Origin: an uncultured bacterium
GTDB taxonomy: Bacteria > Cloacimonadota > Cloacimonadia > Cloacimonadales > TCS61
Reading direction: 5' to 3'
NCBI GenBank assembly: GCA_965370415.1
Contig: CBDUTJ010000006.1
Coordinates: 28,496 to 92,495 of the forward strand
DNA: 64,000 bases
The position numbers and the translations under genes are program-made. Positions 47,550 to 57,225 of the stretch are shown here, piece by piece (within the stretch, counting starts at the first letter, position 1; each line of letters starts with the position of its first letter). The notes under the pieces were generated by a model that did no database searches, was not told the DNA's origin, and saw only the letters and a list, made by a program, of their open reading frames with translations.

Positions 47550-48179
47550 TCAAATAATATTTCTCCTCTTCTTCACATAATTACTAACAATCACATACGC
47601 TAAAGCAACAGCAGCAATTATAGCTCCCAGCCATTTGAGTGAAGTTAAAAAACTTACTACAACTCCTGCGATAAGAACACCAAAGAAAATGAATAGAATG
47701 GATTTCCAAAAGCTGAGCCCGAGAAGATAGGCAGCCAAAGAACCTGTCCAGGCTCCGGTTATGGGAAGTGGAATAGCCACAAAAAACATTAAACCGATCT
47801 CTTCATATTTTTCTATAACAGCGCTTTTACTTCTCGTTCTGCGGAAAATGGCTTCTAATAATTTCTTCAGGAAAGGTACTTTAAAGAATAATTTGGTAAT
47901 AAGATCGAAGAAAAGCAGGATAAAGAAAATGGGTATCATATTCCCGGCAATGGCAATAGGAAAAACCTTCCAGAGGGGAAGTTTATATGATAAAATTCCA
48001 ATTGGAATAGCCCCCCGCAATTCAAATATCGGGATCATGGCAATGAGGAAAACTTTCACTTCGGAAGATACATTTATCCGTTCGATCTTTGTTTGCAGTG
48101 TTTCTTTAAATCCCGATGCTGCGAGCAGAGATGCCGTTAAAGCTATGAGCAATAAGATCATCAGCATTTTAACCTTCAT
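47550..48179 (-). CDS. Small multidrug-export-like membrane protein (COG2426-type)
   Basis: IPIFELRGAIPIG motif and 5-6 TM segments. GGAGAGGAAGGG RBS supports the MKVKM start at 48179, giving an 11-nt overlap with pcm. Confidence 0.6.
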   Translation of the reverse strand: MKVKMLMILLLIALTASLLAASGFKETLQTKIERINVSSEVKVFLIAMIPIFELRGAIPIGILSYKLPLWKVFPIAIAGNMIPIFFILLFFDLITKLFFKVPFLKKLLEAIFRRTRSKSAVIEKYEEIGLMFFVAIPLPITGAWTGSLAAYLLGLSFWKSILFIFFGVLIAGVVVSFLTSLKWLGAIIAAVALAYVIVSNYVKKRRNII

Positions 48180-48825
48180 ACCACCCTTCCTCTCCAATAA
48201 GCGGCACAAATGCACAGCCACCGTGATTTGTGTGAATAGTTCCTTCACTGGTTTTATTTATCACGATAAGATTTTGAAATGCTCTATTGCCTGTTGGAAT
48301 CACCATTTTCCCATCCATAGCTAGTTGATTTATTAAACTCTCTGGAATATCCGGTGCTGCAGCTGCTACAATTATCTTATTAAATTCAAGACAGGAAGGA
48401 ATTCCATTTTCCCAACCTTTTGTACCATCTCCAATCTTATAAAAAACATTTTCATAACCCATTTCGTTTAAAAGATTTCTTGCTCTGTTCAAAAGAACAG
48501 GAATCCTTTCCACAGTATACACCTCTTTTGCAATCTCTGCCAGCAGAGCTGTTTGATAACCCGATCCTGTCCCGATCTCTAAAATTATATCAGAAGACTG
48601 TATATCGATCAAGTCCATCATCAAAGCTACGATATAAGGCTGTGAAATTGTTTGTCCTTCGCCAATTCCCAAAGGTGAATCATTATAAGAAAGATGTCTT
48701 ATCTGCCGGGGAACAAAGAGTTCACGAGGTACTTGCAAAAAAGCTTCGATAACTTTTTCGGAAGCCACTCCCCGAGCAAGTAAATGATGTTTTACCATTG
48801 CTTTTCTTTGATCTTCAAATCTCAT
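48169..48825 (-). CDS. pcm: Protein-L-isoaspartate O-methyltransferase
   Basis: GQTISQPY and the SAM motif ILEIGTGSGYQTALLA. Confidence 0.85.
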   Translation of the reverse strand: MRFEDQRKAMVKHHLLARGVASEKVIEAFLQVPRELFVPRQIRHLSYNDSPLGIGEGQTISQPYIVALMMDLIDIQSSDIILEIGTGSGYQTALLAEIAKEVYTVERIPVLLNRARNLLNEMGYENVFYKIGDGTKGWENGIPSCLEFNKIIVAAAAPDIPESLINQLAMDGKMVIPTGNRAFQNLIVINKTSEGTIHTNHGGCAFVPLIGEEGWYEG

Positions 48826-48838
48826 TTCACCTCAAAAG

Positions 48839-49594
48839 CTAATATTTATTCTTCTTAACCCAGTTTTCCATTTTCTGATAGGACTGGTACCTGGAAAAAT
48901 TTGGATAAATGGGAGTAATGGAAATATAATTTTCGGAGATCGCTTTGAAATCTGTGTTACCTTCTTTGGACCAGAGAGGTTTTGCTCCGCCGATCCAATA
49001 TATTTTCCTGCCCCTGGGATCGGTTTGTTCTTTCACAAAATCCTGGTATTTTCGATGACCCACCTGAGTGATCTTGATCCCCTTGATATCTTCTATCTCT
49101 ACATTCGGGATATTGATATTGAAAACTTCGTTGTTGTCTATAAGTTTGTGCAGACCGTTTTCCAGCATCTTGTTCATGCAGTTGGCAGCGGTTTCAAATT
49201 TTTGATCGACATAGGCAGCCAGGGATACGGAAATTGCTTTAAATCCCAGGAACATAGCTTCCAGAGCAGCAGCAACCGTACCGGAATACAGGATATCCTC
49301 ACCCATGTTCTGTCCCCCGTTGATGCCGGAAATGACCAGGTCTACAGGTTCTTTCAAGACAATTTTTTCTGCCAGGATAATGCAATCAGCCGGGCTGCCG
49401 GTAACTGCGAATTTGTTGTCTTTCCTTTGCAATAATCTGAGTGGTTGATGAAGTGTTATCGAATGGGAAGTGGCACTTTGTTCTTTATCGGGCGCTACTA
49501 TTATTATTTCATGCCCGTTATTTTCCAGAACTTCTGCCAGAGTATTTATTCCTGGTGCATCTATTCCATCATCATTGGTTAATAATATTCTCAT
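48839..49594 (-). CDS. surE: 5'/3'-nucleotidase SurE
   Basis: MRILLTNDDGI.APGI and SGINGGQN..EDILYSGTVAAA. Confidence 0.9.
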   Translation of the reverse strand: MRILLTNDDGIDAPGINTLAEVLENNGHEIIIVAPDKEQSATSHSITLHQPLRLLQRKDNKFAVTGSPADCIILAEKIVLKEPVDLVISGINGGQNMGEDILYSGTVAAALEAMFLGFKAISVSLAAYVDQKFETAANCMNKMLENGLHKLIDNNEVFNINIPNVEIEDIKGIKITQVGHRKYQDFVKEQTDPRGRKIYWIGGAKPLWSKEGNTDFKAISENYISITPIYPNFSRYQSYQKMENWVKKNKY

Positions 49595-50289
49595 TTTTTC
49601 TCCAGTTTATGTATCATTTCATAACATACTATTTCAATGAAATTCTTTATATCTCTAAAATGTGAAATATAACTTCTTTGTCCATCATAAATGGTAGCGA
49701 TAGGTACGAAACCTATCCTGCCACCCGCCTTGGCAACCTTTATGATAATTTCTGTTTCGAACTGATATCTTTTCGTACGAAACTTGAAATTTTTGATCAT
49801 ATCCAAATTGTAGAGTCGGTACCCGCATTGTGAATCTGCGATTTTCTGCCTTGTTTTTAACGAAACTATACAGCTGGTAAGCCGGTTGCTGCAGATCCTG
49901 GGAAAGGGCATTTTGGAATGGGAAAAATCTCTTTCTCCAATAACCAGATCAAATTTGTAATCATTTTGTTTTTTAAGGAAATCAGGAAAATCTTCCGGTT
50001 TATGCTGCATATCACTATCTATTGAAAACGCGAACTTGAAACCCTTTTTTACTGCCGCGTTAAAGCCAATCTGCAATGCATTTCCTTTACCCTTATTTAC
50101 AGGAATATTTATAAGATTAATATTGAATTTATCACAAATTTCAACCGATCTGTCTTCCGATGCATCATTAATGGCAAATATGTTTTCTTTCGGAAAGAAC
50201 TTAAATATCCTCCCGAAAAGTTCTTCCAGATATTCTGCTGAATTAAATATTGGAACAACTACTGCCGTATTTTTTCGATCTGCTTCCAT
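49591..50289 (-). CDS. Family-2 glycosyltransferase
   Basis: VVVPIFN, NDASED and D.D DxD-type motifs; GT-A pattern; 4-nt overlap with surE. Confidence 0.7.
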   Translation of the reverse strand: MEADRKNTAVVVPIFNSAEYLEELFGRIFKFFPKENIFAINDASEDRSVEICDKFNINLINIPVNKGKGNALQIGFNAAVKKGFKFAFSIDSDMQHKPEDFPDFLKKQNDYKFDLVIGERDFSHSKMPFPRICSNRLTSCIVSLKTRQKIADSQCGYRLYNLDMIKNFKFRTKRYQFETEIIIKVAKAGGRIGFVPIATIYDGQRSYISHFRDIKNFIEIVCYEMIHKLEKK

Positions 50290-50426
50290 ATTCCATCTTC
50301 AAATTTTTTTATATAGAAAATCCAGAACCGTATATGTCAAGCAAATCATTTTTCAAAAACAATTTGACACTAAACTAGAGAAAGCGGAATAAGTTTCCCG
50401 AATTTATAAATATAATAGGAGCAAAA

Positions 50427-51671
50427 ATGGTCGAAAAATTAGTTCATGGAACCATAAGCACAAAAAAGGCAATGATGCTGGAAGAAACCTATGGTGCTCA
50501 CAACTATCATCCTCTTCCCGTAGTTCTAGCAAAAGGTCAAGGAGCTAAAGTATGGGACCCGGAAGGAAACCAATATTACGATTTTCTTTCTGCTTATTCT
50601 GCAGTTAATCAGGGACATTGTCATCCCAAGATAATAAATGCATTAGTTGAACAGGCTAAAACTCTCACATTAACTTCTCGAGCTTTTTTCAATAATAAAC
50701 TTGGTGAGTATGAAAAGTTCATTACAGAATATTTTGGTTATGAGATGGTTCTACCTATGAATACCGGAGCAGAAGCTGTAGAAACAGCTATGAAACTTTC
50801 CAGAAAATGGGGATATGAAAAGAAAGGTATTCCCGAGAATGAAGCTATTCTTGTTTTTGCAGAGCAGAACTTTCATGGCAGAACAATTGCAGTTGTCTCT
50901 GCATCTACCGATCCTGTTGCCTATAATGGTTTCGGACCCTTCTTGCCTGGTATAGAGAGAATACCTTATAATGATCCAAAAGCTTTAGAAAAAATTCTAA
51001 ATGAAAAGGGTGATAAAGTGGCAGCTTTCATAGTTGAACCCATCCAGGGTGAAGCTGGAGTATTTGTCCCGGATGAGGGATACCTGAAAAAATGTTTTAA
51101 TATTTGCAAAGAGCATAATGTACTCTTTGTAGCAGACGAAGTTCAAACAGGAATTGCCAGAACCGGACGCCTGCTTGCCTGCGATTGGGAAGGTGTTCAT
51201 CCTGATATTTTAATCCTTGGCAAAGCTATTTCCGGTGGAGTACTTCCGGTTTCTGTAGTACTTTCTTCCAGAGAAATAATGATGGTAATAAAACCCGGTG
51301 AACACGGTTCCACTTTTGGTGGTTTTCCACTGGCTTGTACAGTTGCTAAAGCAGCCCTGGAAATCGTCAGAGATGAAAAACTTACGGAAAGGGCTGAAAA
51401 ACTGGGAAAAATATTCCGTACAGAACTGGCAAAGATCGATTCACCACTCATTGAGAAGATCAGGGGAAAAGGTCTTTTAAATGCAATTGTAATAAAACCT
51501 GCGTATGGTGTTCAAGCATGGGATGTATGTGTAAAGCTGAAAGAGAATGGCCTCCTGGCAAAACCTACTCACGATCATATCATTCGCTTTGCTCCACCGC
51601 TTGTTATTACAGAAAAGCAATTAATGGAGTGTATCGGTATCATCAAGAAAACATTCTTAGAATTAAATTAG
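50427..51671 (+). CDS. rocD: Ornithine--oxo-acid aminotransferase
   Basis: [28 protein letters not shown] and DEVQTG.ARTG with the PLP Lys in LGKA. Confidence 0.85.
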   Translation: MVEKLVHGTISTKKAMMLEETYGAHNYHPLPVVLAKGQGAKVWDPEGNQYYDFLSAYSAVNQGHCHPKIINALVEQAKTLTLTSRAFFNNKLGEYEKFITEYFGYEMVLPMNTGAEAVETAMKLSRKWGYEKKGIPENEAILVFAEQNFHGRTIAVVSASTDPVAYNGFGPFLPGIERIPYNDPKALEKILNEKGDKVAAFIVEPIQGEAGVFVPDEGYLKKCFNICKEHNVLFVADEVQTGIARTGRLLACDWEGVHPDILILGKAISGGVLPVSVVLSSREIMMVIKPGEHGSTFGGFPLACTVAKAALEIVRDEKLTERAEKLGKIFRTELAKIDSPLIEKIRGKGLLNAIVIKPAYGVQAWDVCVKLKENGLLAKPTHDHIIRFAPPLVITEKQLMECIGIIKKTFLELN

Positions 51672-51709
51672 AAAAATAATTACAGTAAAGATCTAGGTTT
51701 TTAATTTTA

Positions 51710-51746
51710 AAGCCACCCTGACTGTTCTATACAGGGTGGCTTTATT
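51710..51746 (+). terminator. Rho-independent terminator AAGCCACCCTG-N11-CAGGGTGGCTT + TATTT
   Basis: 11-bp GC-rich stem followed by a T-rich tail, 40 nt after the rocD stop. Confidence 0.75.
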
Positions 51747-51752
51747 TGCATA

Positions 51753-52667
51753 ATGGAGGTAAATTTGAGAAAATATCTGATCCTTATCGTTATCTCAATT
51801 CTCTTTTGGGGATGTACCAAAAAGGAAGAAACCAGGCTTATCGTGGGTATTATCCAGCCATCTTTGAATCACCTGCCACTAAATTTTGGCTTCGAAAGTA
51901 GCGCTTTGGAAAAAGAAGCATATATTATCAAAAAATTCTCTTCGGGTTGGGAAACAAATGAAGCACTTGTAGCGGGAAAAATCGATGTAGCTATATTACC
52001 TTTCACATACATTTGGAACGATGTTTCCAGAGGGAAAAAAGTGAAAATAATCTCTTTCCTGGAAAGAGAAAGTGATGGAATTATAACTTCAAAAGAATTG
52101 AAAGAAATTAGTGAACTCGATGGGAAAAAAATTGGTGTTTTGCGAGCTTCTACTCTGGATCTTTTTGCCGAGATATTTAAGGAAGAGATGAACATCAGTT
52201 TTGAAATGGTGTACTTAAGAACTCCAATGGATATGGCTTCTGCTCTACGTAAAGGTGAAGTAGATGCGCTTAGTTTTTATGTGCCGCCTATTCTTAAATT
52301 CGATGATAAGAAATTTCATATAATCCATTGGTATAGTGAGTTATTTCCTCTGCATACCTGTTGTGATATTGCAGCAACAGAGCAAGCATTGAATAAAAAA
52401 TCCGGGCAAATAAAAAGATTCCTGCAAGGTATGGGGCAAGCTGTTGATGAAATGAATAATAATCCCCGGGTATCTTATGAAGCTGCCAGAGAGTTCTACG
52501 ACCTATATTATCACATTGCAAAACAGTCTATGCATCATACTAAATTCGTGATGGGATTAGCTGAAAAGTATAAATTGTTTGAAAAAAGAGTTTTTGAGAT
52601 AATGCTACAGAAAGGATATGCTGATAATGAGATCGGTATGGATAAGGTTTATCAACAAATTCAATAG
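51753..52667 (+). CDS. ABC transporter substrate-binding lipoprotein, NMT1/THI5-SsuA-like (NitT/TauT family)
   Basis: Lipobox FWGC. Two-lobe periplasmic-binding pattern (GKIDVAILPF, GKKIGVLR). Confidence 0.6.
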   Translation: MEVNLRKYLILIVISILFWGCTKKEETRLIVGIIQPSLNHLPLNFGFESSALEKEAYIIKKFSSGWETNEALVAGKIDVAILPFTYIWNDVSRGKKVKIISFLERESDGIITSKELKEISELDGKKIGVLRASTLDLFAEIFKEEMNISFEMVYLRTPMDMASALRKGEVDALSFYVPPILKFDDKKFHIIHWYSELFPLHTCCDIAATEQALNKKSGQIKRFLQGMGQAVDEMNNNPRVSYEAAREFYDLYYHIAKQSMHHTKFVMGLAEKYKLFEKRVFEIMLQKGYADNEIGMDKVYQQIQ

Positions 52668-53370
52668 TACCTCTTTTTTTGCTGTTTTATTGATCTTTCT
52701 GATCTTCCTCCTTTTAGCAATTTCACTGGATGTGAGTTTCTCGGATATCTTCCGTATTAAACTTTCTGCAAGTAGAGTACTTTTTGATATTCTTATAACT
52801 TTCTTGCGAGTTAGTATCACAACTTTATGCGCCTGGATCTGCGGAATAGCTATTGGATACTTTCTGTTTCAAAGTAATATATTAAATAATTTATTACTAC
52901 CCACAATTAATTTGATACGTCATATTTCTCCATTTGCCTGGTTGCCTTTTGCTATTATCTGGTTCGGACTGGGTGAACCTTCCATCTTTTTTGTAATGTT
53001 TATCACACTATTCTTCCCTACCGTGATAGCTGTTTCGGAATTTTTTTCTACAATTCCCGGGGAATATATCGATGAAGCTCAAGTTTGTGGAGCCAACCGA
53101 TCCCAACTGTTTTTTCAGATCGAACTTCCCCTTATTTTAAATAGTCTGTTAAATCTTCTTCGAGTGATCTGGGGATTAGGCTGGTCGGTTATTGTGGCAG
53201 CGGAAATGCTGGGAGTGAACAGCGGTCTTGGTTTCCGTTTGCTGGATTTTCGTTACCTGCTCAAATATCCGGAAATGCTTATTTACCTTCTTGTAATGGG
53301 AATATTGGGAATCCTGTTCGATAAATTTCTTTTCTTCTTGATAAAATCATACAAAAATAAAAACTGTTAA
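52618..53370 (+). CDS. ABC transporter permease (NitT/TauT family)
   Basis: ISPFAWLPFAIIWFGLGE and the EAA-like loop DEAQVCGANRSQLFF.IELP. Start uncertain (50-nt overlap with the upstream gene). Confidence 0.7.
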   Translation: MLIMRSVWIRFINKFNSTSFFAVLLIFLIFLLLAISLDVSFSDIFRIKLSASRVLFDILITFLRVSITTLCAWICGIAIGYFLFQSNILNNLLLPTINLIRHISPFAWLPFAIIWFGLGEPSIFFVMFITLFFPTVIAVSEFFSTIPGEYIDEAQVCGANRSQLFFQIELPLILNSLLNLLRVIWGLGWSVIVAAEMLGVNSGLGFRLLDFRYLLKYPEMLIYLLVMGILGILFDKFLFFLIKSYKNKNC

Positions 53371-53374
53371 TGAT

Positions 53375-54019
53375 ATGTTAAATATTCCTTTAAAAAACAT
53401 TAGAAATATTGTTATCATCGCTAACGGCGAAGAAATAAAACAGGAAATTATTAAAAAGGAATTAATCGATGATCCAGTAATAGTAGCAGTCGATGGGGGG
53501 CTTCTATTGTGCAAAAAGTTAAACATAATTCCTCATTATATCCTGGGAGATTTCGATTCCATACCCGTTAAAATAATAGAAGAATATGATTCTTCCAAGC
53601 TCATTCTCAAGCCTAACCAGAATTCCACAGACCTTCAAAAAGCATTCGAGTTTGCTTCTTCTTTAAATCCCAGGAAAATAAAAATATTTGCAGCTACTGG
53701 AAAGAGAACAGACCATACTTTTGCAAATCTATTGATTTTCACCGATTACAAAGGAAAGGCTATCCTGCAACAATTTGATAACTACGGAATTATGAAGCTG
53801 CACCTTCCTGGAAAACATTTGATTGGCGGAAAGAAAGGACAGAGGATCTCTTTTTTCTCGTTGAAATCGGTTACTAAACTATCGTTACTTAAAGTTAAGT
53901 ATCCCATTAAAGATATGAATATCACCGGTCACTTTTTCAGTTTAAGCAATGAATTTGTTTCTGATAAATGTTTATTGGAATTTGAGAAGGGAAAGATTAT
54001 TTCCTATATCGTACTATAA
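53375..54019 (+). CDS. Thiamine diphosphokinase
   Basis: VAVDGG, GDFDS, STDL.KA and the GKRTDH motif order typical of TPK. Confidence 0.75.
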   Translation: MLNIPLKNIRNIVIIANGEEIKQEIIKKELIDDPVIVAVDGGLLLCKKLNIIPHYILGDFDSIPVKIIEEYDSSKLILKPNQNSTDLQKAFEFASSLNPRKIKIFAATGKRTDHTFANLLIFTDYKGKAILQQFDNYGIMKLHLPGKHLIGGKKGQRISFFSLKSVTKLSLLKVKYPIKDMNITGHFFSLSNEFVSDKCLLEFEKGKIISYIVL

Positions 54020-54102
54020 TTAGCATAATAAAAAAAACTTGCATCAATAACTAAGTTAATAAAAATAGTGATTATTAAATTAATAAGATTGTTGGAGGAA
54101 AA

Positions 54103-55698
54103 GTGAAAAAAATTATACTCTTTCTCTTTGGTATCATTCTATTGACAGGTTCGTTGTTAGCCAATCCACAAAAGGTCGCCATTCTCAATTTTGAAAAGAA
54201 TGACAGGCAAAGTGATTATGTTACGAATGCAATGATGAAGCGTGATTTCGCAAAAGTATTTGAAGAATTTGAAGACTTTGAACTAATCGACATTAAAACC
54301 TCTAAAAAAATATTTGAGAAATCAGGATTTACAAACCTTTCCTATATTGGAAAAGATGATATATTCATAATGGGTGAAGAACTCGATGCCGACATAATAT
54401 TATGGGGTAGTGTATCTTCCATATCCAGTACAGATTTTAAGATCACAGCAAAAATCTTCAGCATGAAATCCAAGGACGTTGTTGTAGTTACATTTAATGT
54501 AAAAAAGGATAGCAAAAAGCGTCGCGAAGCTATGAAAGAAAACCTTGTAGTAAAGATCGAAGAATTCATCCTGGGTGAAGTGGAAAAGTTAATGAGTATT
54601 GCACTCCAGCATTTCAACAGTAAAAATTTCAGCCAGGCTGAAGAGGCTTTTATCAACTTGATAAATGTAGATTCCAAAAACAAAGACGCTTTTTTCTATC
54701 TTGGTCTACTTAAATACATCGAAGAGAGTTATGAAAAATCAGTAGAATATTATAAAAAAGGGTTGGAGATTGATGCGAGTGACAAAAACATTCTGGATTA
54801 CTTAAGTAGATCTTACATCAAATTAGAACAATACGAAAATGCTGTGGAAGTATTGATAAAAATAACCGAGACGGAAGAAGATAATTGTGAGATCTGGCTT
54901 AGAATAGGTAACATATATTCCGAGATCGAATATTATGATGAGGCACAAGAAGCATATGAGAAAGCATTGGAAATAGATGCTGAATACAATGAAGCATATT
55001 ACGTTTTGGGTGTTCTGTTCTTTGAGCAGGAGATGTATGATGAAGCTATTGAACCGCTGGAAAAAGCCACGGATGCTTTCCCCGAAGTAGATCATTTGCA
55101 GAAAAAACTGGCGAAATGTTATTACAAAACAGGAAAACTGGACAGTGCCATAAACAAGTATAAACAAGTTATCGTGGAACAGCCCGATAATGTGAATGCT
55201 TATTTAAATTTAGCTGGAGCTTATCGAGAAACCAACCAAAATCAGGAAGCTCTGGACATTCTTATCCAGTTAAAAGAATTGCAACCCGATATGCCTAAAG
55301 TTTACCAACGTCTTGCTGATGTATATATTGCACTGGAAGAATATTCCAAAGCTGAACAAAGCGCAAACAAAGCAATCGAACTGGATGCAAACTTATATGA
55401 ATCTTATAGGATCCTTGCTTCAATAAACCAAAACCTTGGCTACAAAAAATATGAGAAGTACCTTGACTACGAAGAAAAATATCAAGATAAAAGCGTCTAC
55501 TATGGTGAAAAAGCAGATGAACTGGTAGAAAAAAGAGACAGAGTTAAAGCTGAAGCTCATGCTTATTTTATGAAAACTGAGAATTATCTGAATGAGGCAG
55601 AAGCTCGGACTGATATACCCCCTGTGCTTAAAGACATAAAAAAGAATAGAAGTTTGTTAAAACAGCTTAAAGACGCAACGAAAGCTGGCGGATTTTAA
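54103..55698 (+). CDS. Exported tetratricopeptide-repeat protein
   Basis: GTG start, signal peptide, and at least 7 A..Y.KALE.D....AY..LG TPR units. Confidence 0.75.
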   Translation: MKKIILFLFGIILLTGSLLANPQKVAILNFEKNDRQSDYVTNAMMKRDFAKVFEEFEDFELIDIKTSKKIFEKSGFTNLSYIGKDDIFIMGEELDADIILWGSVSSISSTDFKITAKIFSMKSKDVVVVTFNVKKDSKKRREAMKENLVVKIEEFILGEVEKLMSIALQHFNSKNFSQAEEAFINLINVDSKNKDAFFYLGLLKYIEESYEKSVEYYKKGLEIDASDKNILDYLSRSYIKLEQYENAVEVLIKITETEEDNCEIWLRIGNIYSEIEYYDEAQEAYEKALEIDAEYNEAYYVLGVLFFEQEMYDEAIEPLEKATDAFPEVDHLQKKLAKCYYKTGKLDSAINKYKQVIVEQPDNVNAYLNLAGAYRETNQNQEALDILIQLKELQPDMPKVYQRLADVYIALEEYSKAEQSANKAIELDANLYESYRILASINQNLGYKKYEKYLDYEEKYQDKSVYYGEKADELVEKRDRVKAEAHAYFMKTENYLNEAEARTDIPPVLKDIKKNRSLLKQLKDATKAGGF

Positions 55699-55717
55699 TA
55701 ACGCAAGGATGTATCTA

Positions 55718-55743
55718 AAAGCCCCGTATTCGGGGCTTTTATT
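55718..55743 (+). terminator. Rho-independent terminator AAAGCCCCG-TATT-CGGGGCTTT + TATT
   Basis: 9-bp stem and T-rich tail, 20 nt after the stop. Confidence 0.8.
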
Positions 55744-55753
55744 GTATACGTAA

Positions 55754-55793
55754 CTCGACCAGCTTGGTCGAGAGAGCGACCTAGCAGATCGCT
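55754..55793. repeat. REP hairpins CTCGACCAGCTTGGTCGAG (55754-55772) and AGCGACCTAGCAGATCGCT (55775-55793)
   Basis: Read directly, abutting the radA stop codon. Confidence 0.8.
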
Positions 55794-57134
55794 TTACGAT
55801 TTGGGAAAAAGTACTGGAAAAAGTTGTTTTATATGTTTTATTTTTGAGATAATAATTTTTTTACTGATATTTTTCGTTCTAGCTGAAATGATAATATTAT
55901 CAAAACCCAATTTCTGAGCTTCCTTTAACCTTTTCTCAAGCTGAGAAACAGGACGGATTTCTCCATTTAATCCAACCTCTCCCAAAAGAAGAGTATTTGC
56001 AGGTAGCGCTCTTTCTTTGAAACTGGATATGATCGCTGCAATAATAGCCAGGTCAAGAGCCGGTTCCAACACTTTCATACCCCCGGCAAGATTTATAAAC
56101 ACATCATTATTTCTGAGATTTAGAGAAAGATTTTTTTCGATTACTGCCAGCAGAACTGCCAGTTTACGATGATCGAAACCGAGGGCAACTCTCTGGGATG
56201 TGCCATAGTTAGCAGGAGAAACCAACGCCTGAACCTCAACTAAAAAAGCGCGGGATCCTTCCAGCACACAACCTACAGCCGACCCAATATTGTTATCTTC
56301 CCTGCTTAAAAAAAGTTGAGATGGATTCTTTACTTCTAGCAAACCGCTTGATTGCATCTCAAATATACCAATTTCATTTGTTGAACCGAAGCGGTTTTTT
56401 GTAGCACGTAAAATCTTGAATTGGTTTTGGGATTCCCCTTCAAAATAGAGCACAGTATCCACCATATGTTCTATTATCTTGGGACCCGCTACAATTCCGT
56501 CTTTTGTAACATGTCCTATCAAGAAGATCGGAATATTTGTCTGTTTTGCTATTCGTGTGAAAATGCTTGTGCATTCACGAAGTTGAGAAATACTTCCTGG
56601 TGAGCTGTCCCTGGAATTAAGGTAAATTGATTGGATAGAATCGATTACTACGATATCGGGGACAAAACTAGTAATCGCTCTCTCTATTTCGTCAAAATCA
56701 GTTTCGCAAAAAAGATATAAACTTTGCGAATTACATTTCAGTCTATCACTGCGAAGTTTAATTTGTTCATTACTTTCCTCTCCGGAAACATAGAGTACTT
56801 TTCGACCATCTTTTGCTACCCTATCAGATATTTGCAGCATTAAGGTTGATTTTCCTATACCTGGTTCTCCCCCTATTAGAATGACCATTCCCGGCACGAT
56901 GCCACCTCCGAGCGTTCCGTCGAATTCCGCAAAGCCAGATGATATTCTAGCTTGTTTACCGGAACCAACTTTAATTAATTGTTCAGGTTGTGATGCTTGA
57001 CCAGGAGTGAGTGTTCTTGTTTTTCTTTTACCAGTTACTTTAGTTGTTTCTTTAAGAGAATCCCAGGCTCCGCAAAAAGGACATTTTCCAGCCCATTTTG
57101 CTGTTTCAGCTCCGCATTCCGTACAAAAAAACAT
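55794..57134 (-). CDS. radA: DNA repair protein RadA/Sms
   Basis: N-terminal C.ECG...W.GKCP.C zinc finger, Walker A GGEPGIGKST, KNRFG and a Lon-like C-terminus. Confidence 0.9.
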   Translation of the reverse strand: MFFCTECGAETAKWAGKCPFCGAWDSLKETTKVTGKRKTRTLTPGQASQPEQLIKVGSGKQARISSGFAEFDGTLGGGIVPGMVILIGGEPGIGKSTLMLQISDRVAKDGRKVLYVSGEESNEQIKLRSDRLKCNSQSLYLFCETDFDEIERAITSFVPDIVVIDSIQSIYLNSRDSSPGSISQLRECTSIFTRIAKQTNIPIFLIGHVTKDGIVAGPKIIEHMVDTVLYFEGESQNQFKILRATKNRFGSTNEIGIFEMQSSGLLEVKNPSQLFLSREDNNIGSAVGCVLEGSRAFLVEVQALVSPANYGTSQRVALGFDHRKLAVLLAVIEKNLSLNLRNNDVFINLAGGMKVLEPALDLAIIAAIISSFKERALPANTLLLGEVGLNGEIRPVSQLEKRLKEAQKLGFDNIIISARTKNISKKIIISKIKHIKQLFPVLFPKS

Positions 57135-57152
57135 AATTTACCTCTTCATGTA

Positions 57153-57225
57153 AAGCGAGCAGCTTGCTCGCTTAATCTCGACCAAGCTGGTTGTTATTTT
57201 CTTTTCCTCGACCAGGCTGGTCGAG
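57153..57225. repeat. REP cluster AAGCGAGC-AGCTT-GCTCGCTT (57153-57173), degenerate CTCGACCAAGCTGGTTG (57177-57193), CTCGACCAGGCTGGTCGAG (57207-57225)
   Basis: Read directly. The last hairpin lies inside the 3' end of the ribF ORF. Confidence 0.8.

Noticed and set aside
47400-47603. Track ORF 47400-47603 (67 aa, plus)
   Set aside because: It is composed of the truncated composite REP sequence and then runs antisense into the membrane-protein gene. It has no RBS.
51672-51752. TPP riboswitch upstream of the ThiY-like transporter
   Set aside because: The 80-nt spacer is essentially filled by the rocD terminator hairpin, and no CUGAGA / ACCUGAUCUGGAUAAUGCCAGCG-like core is visible.
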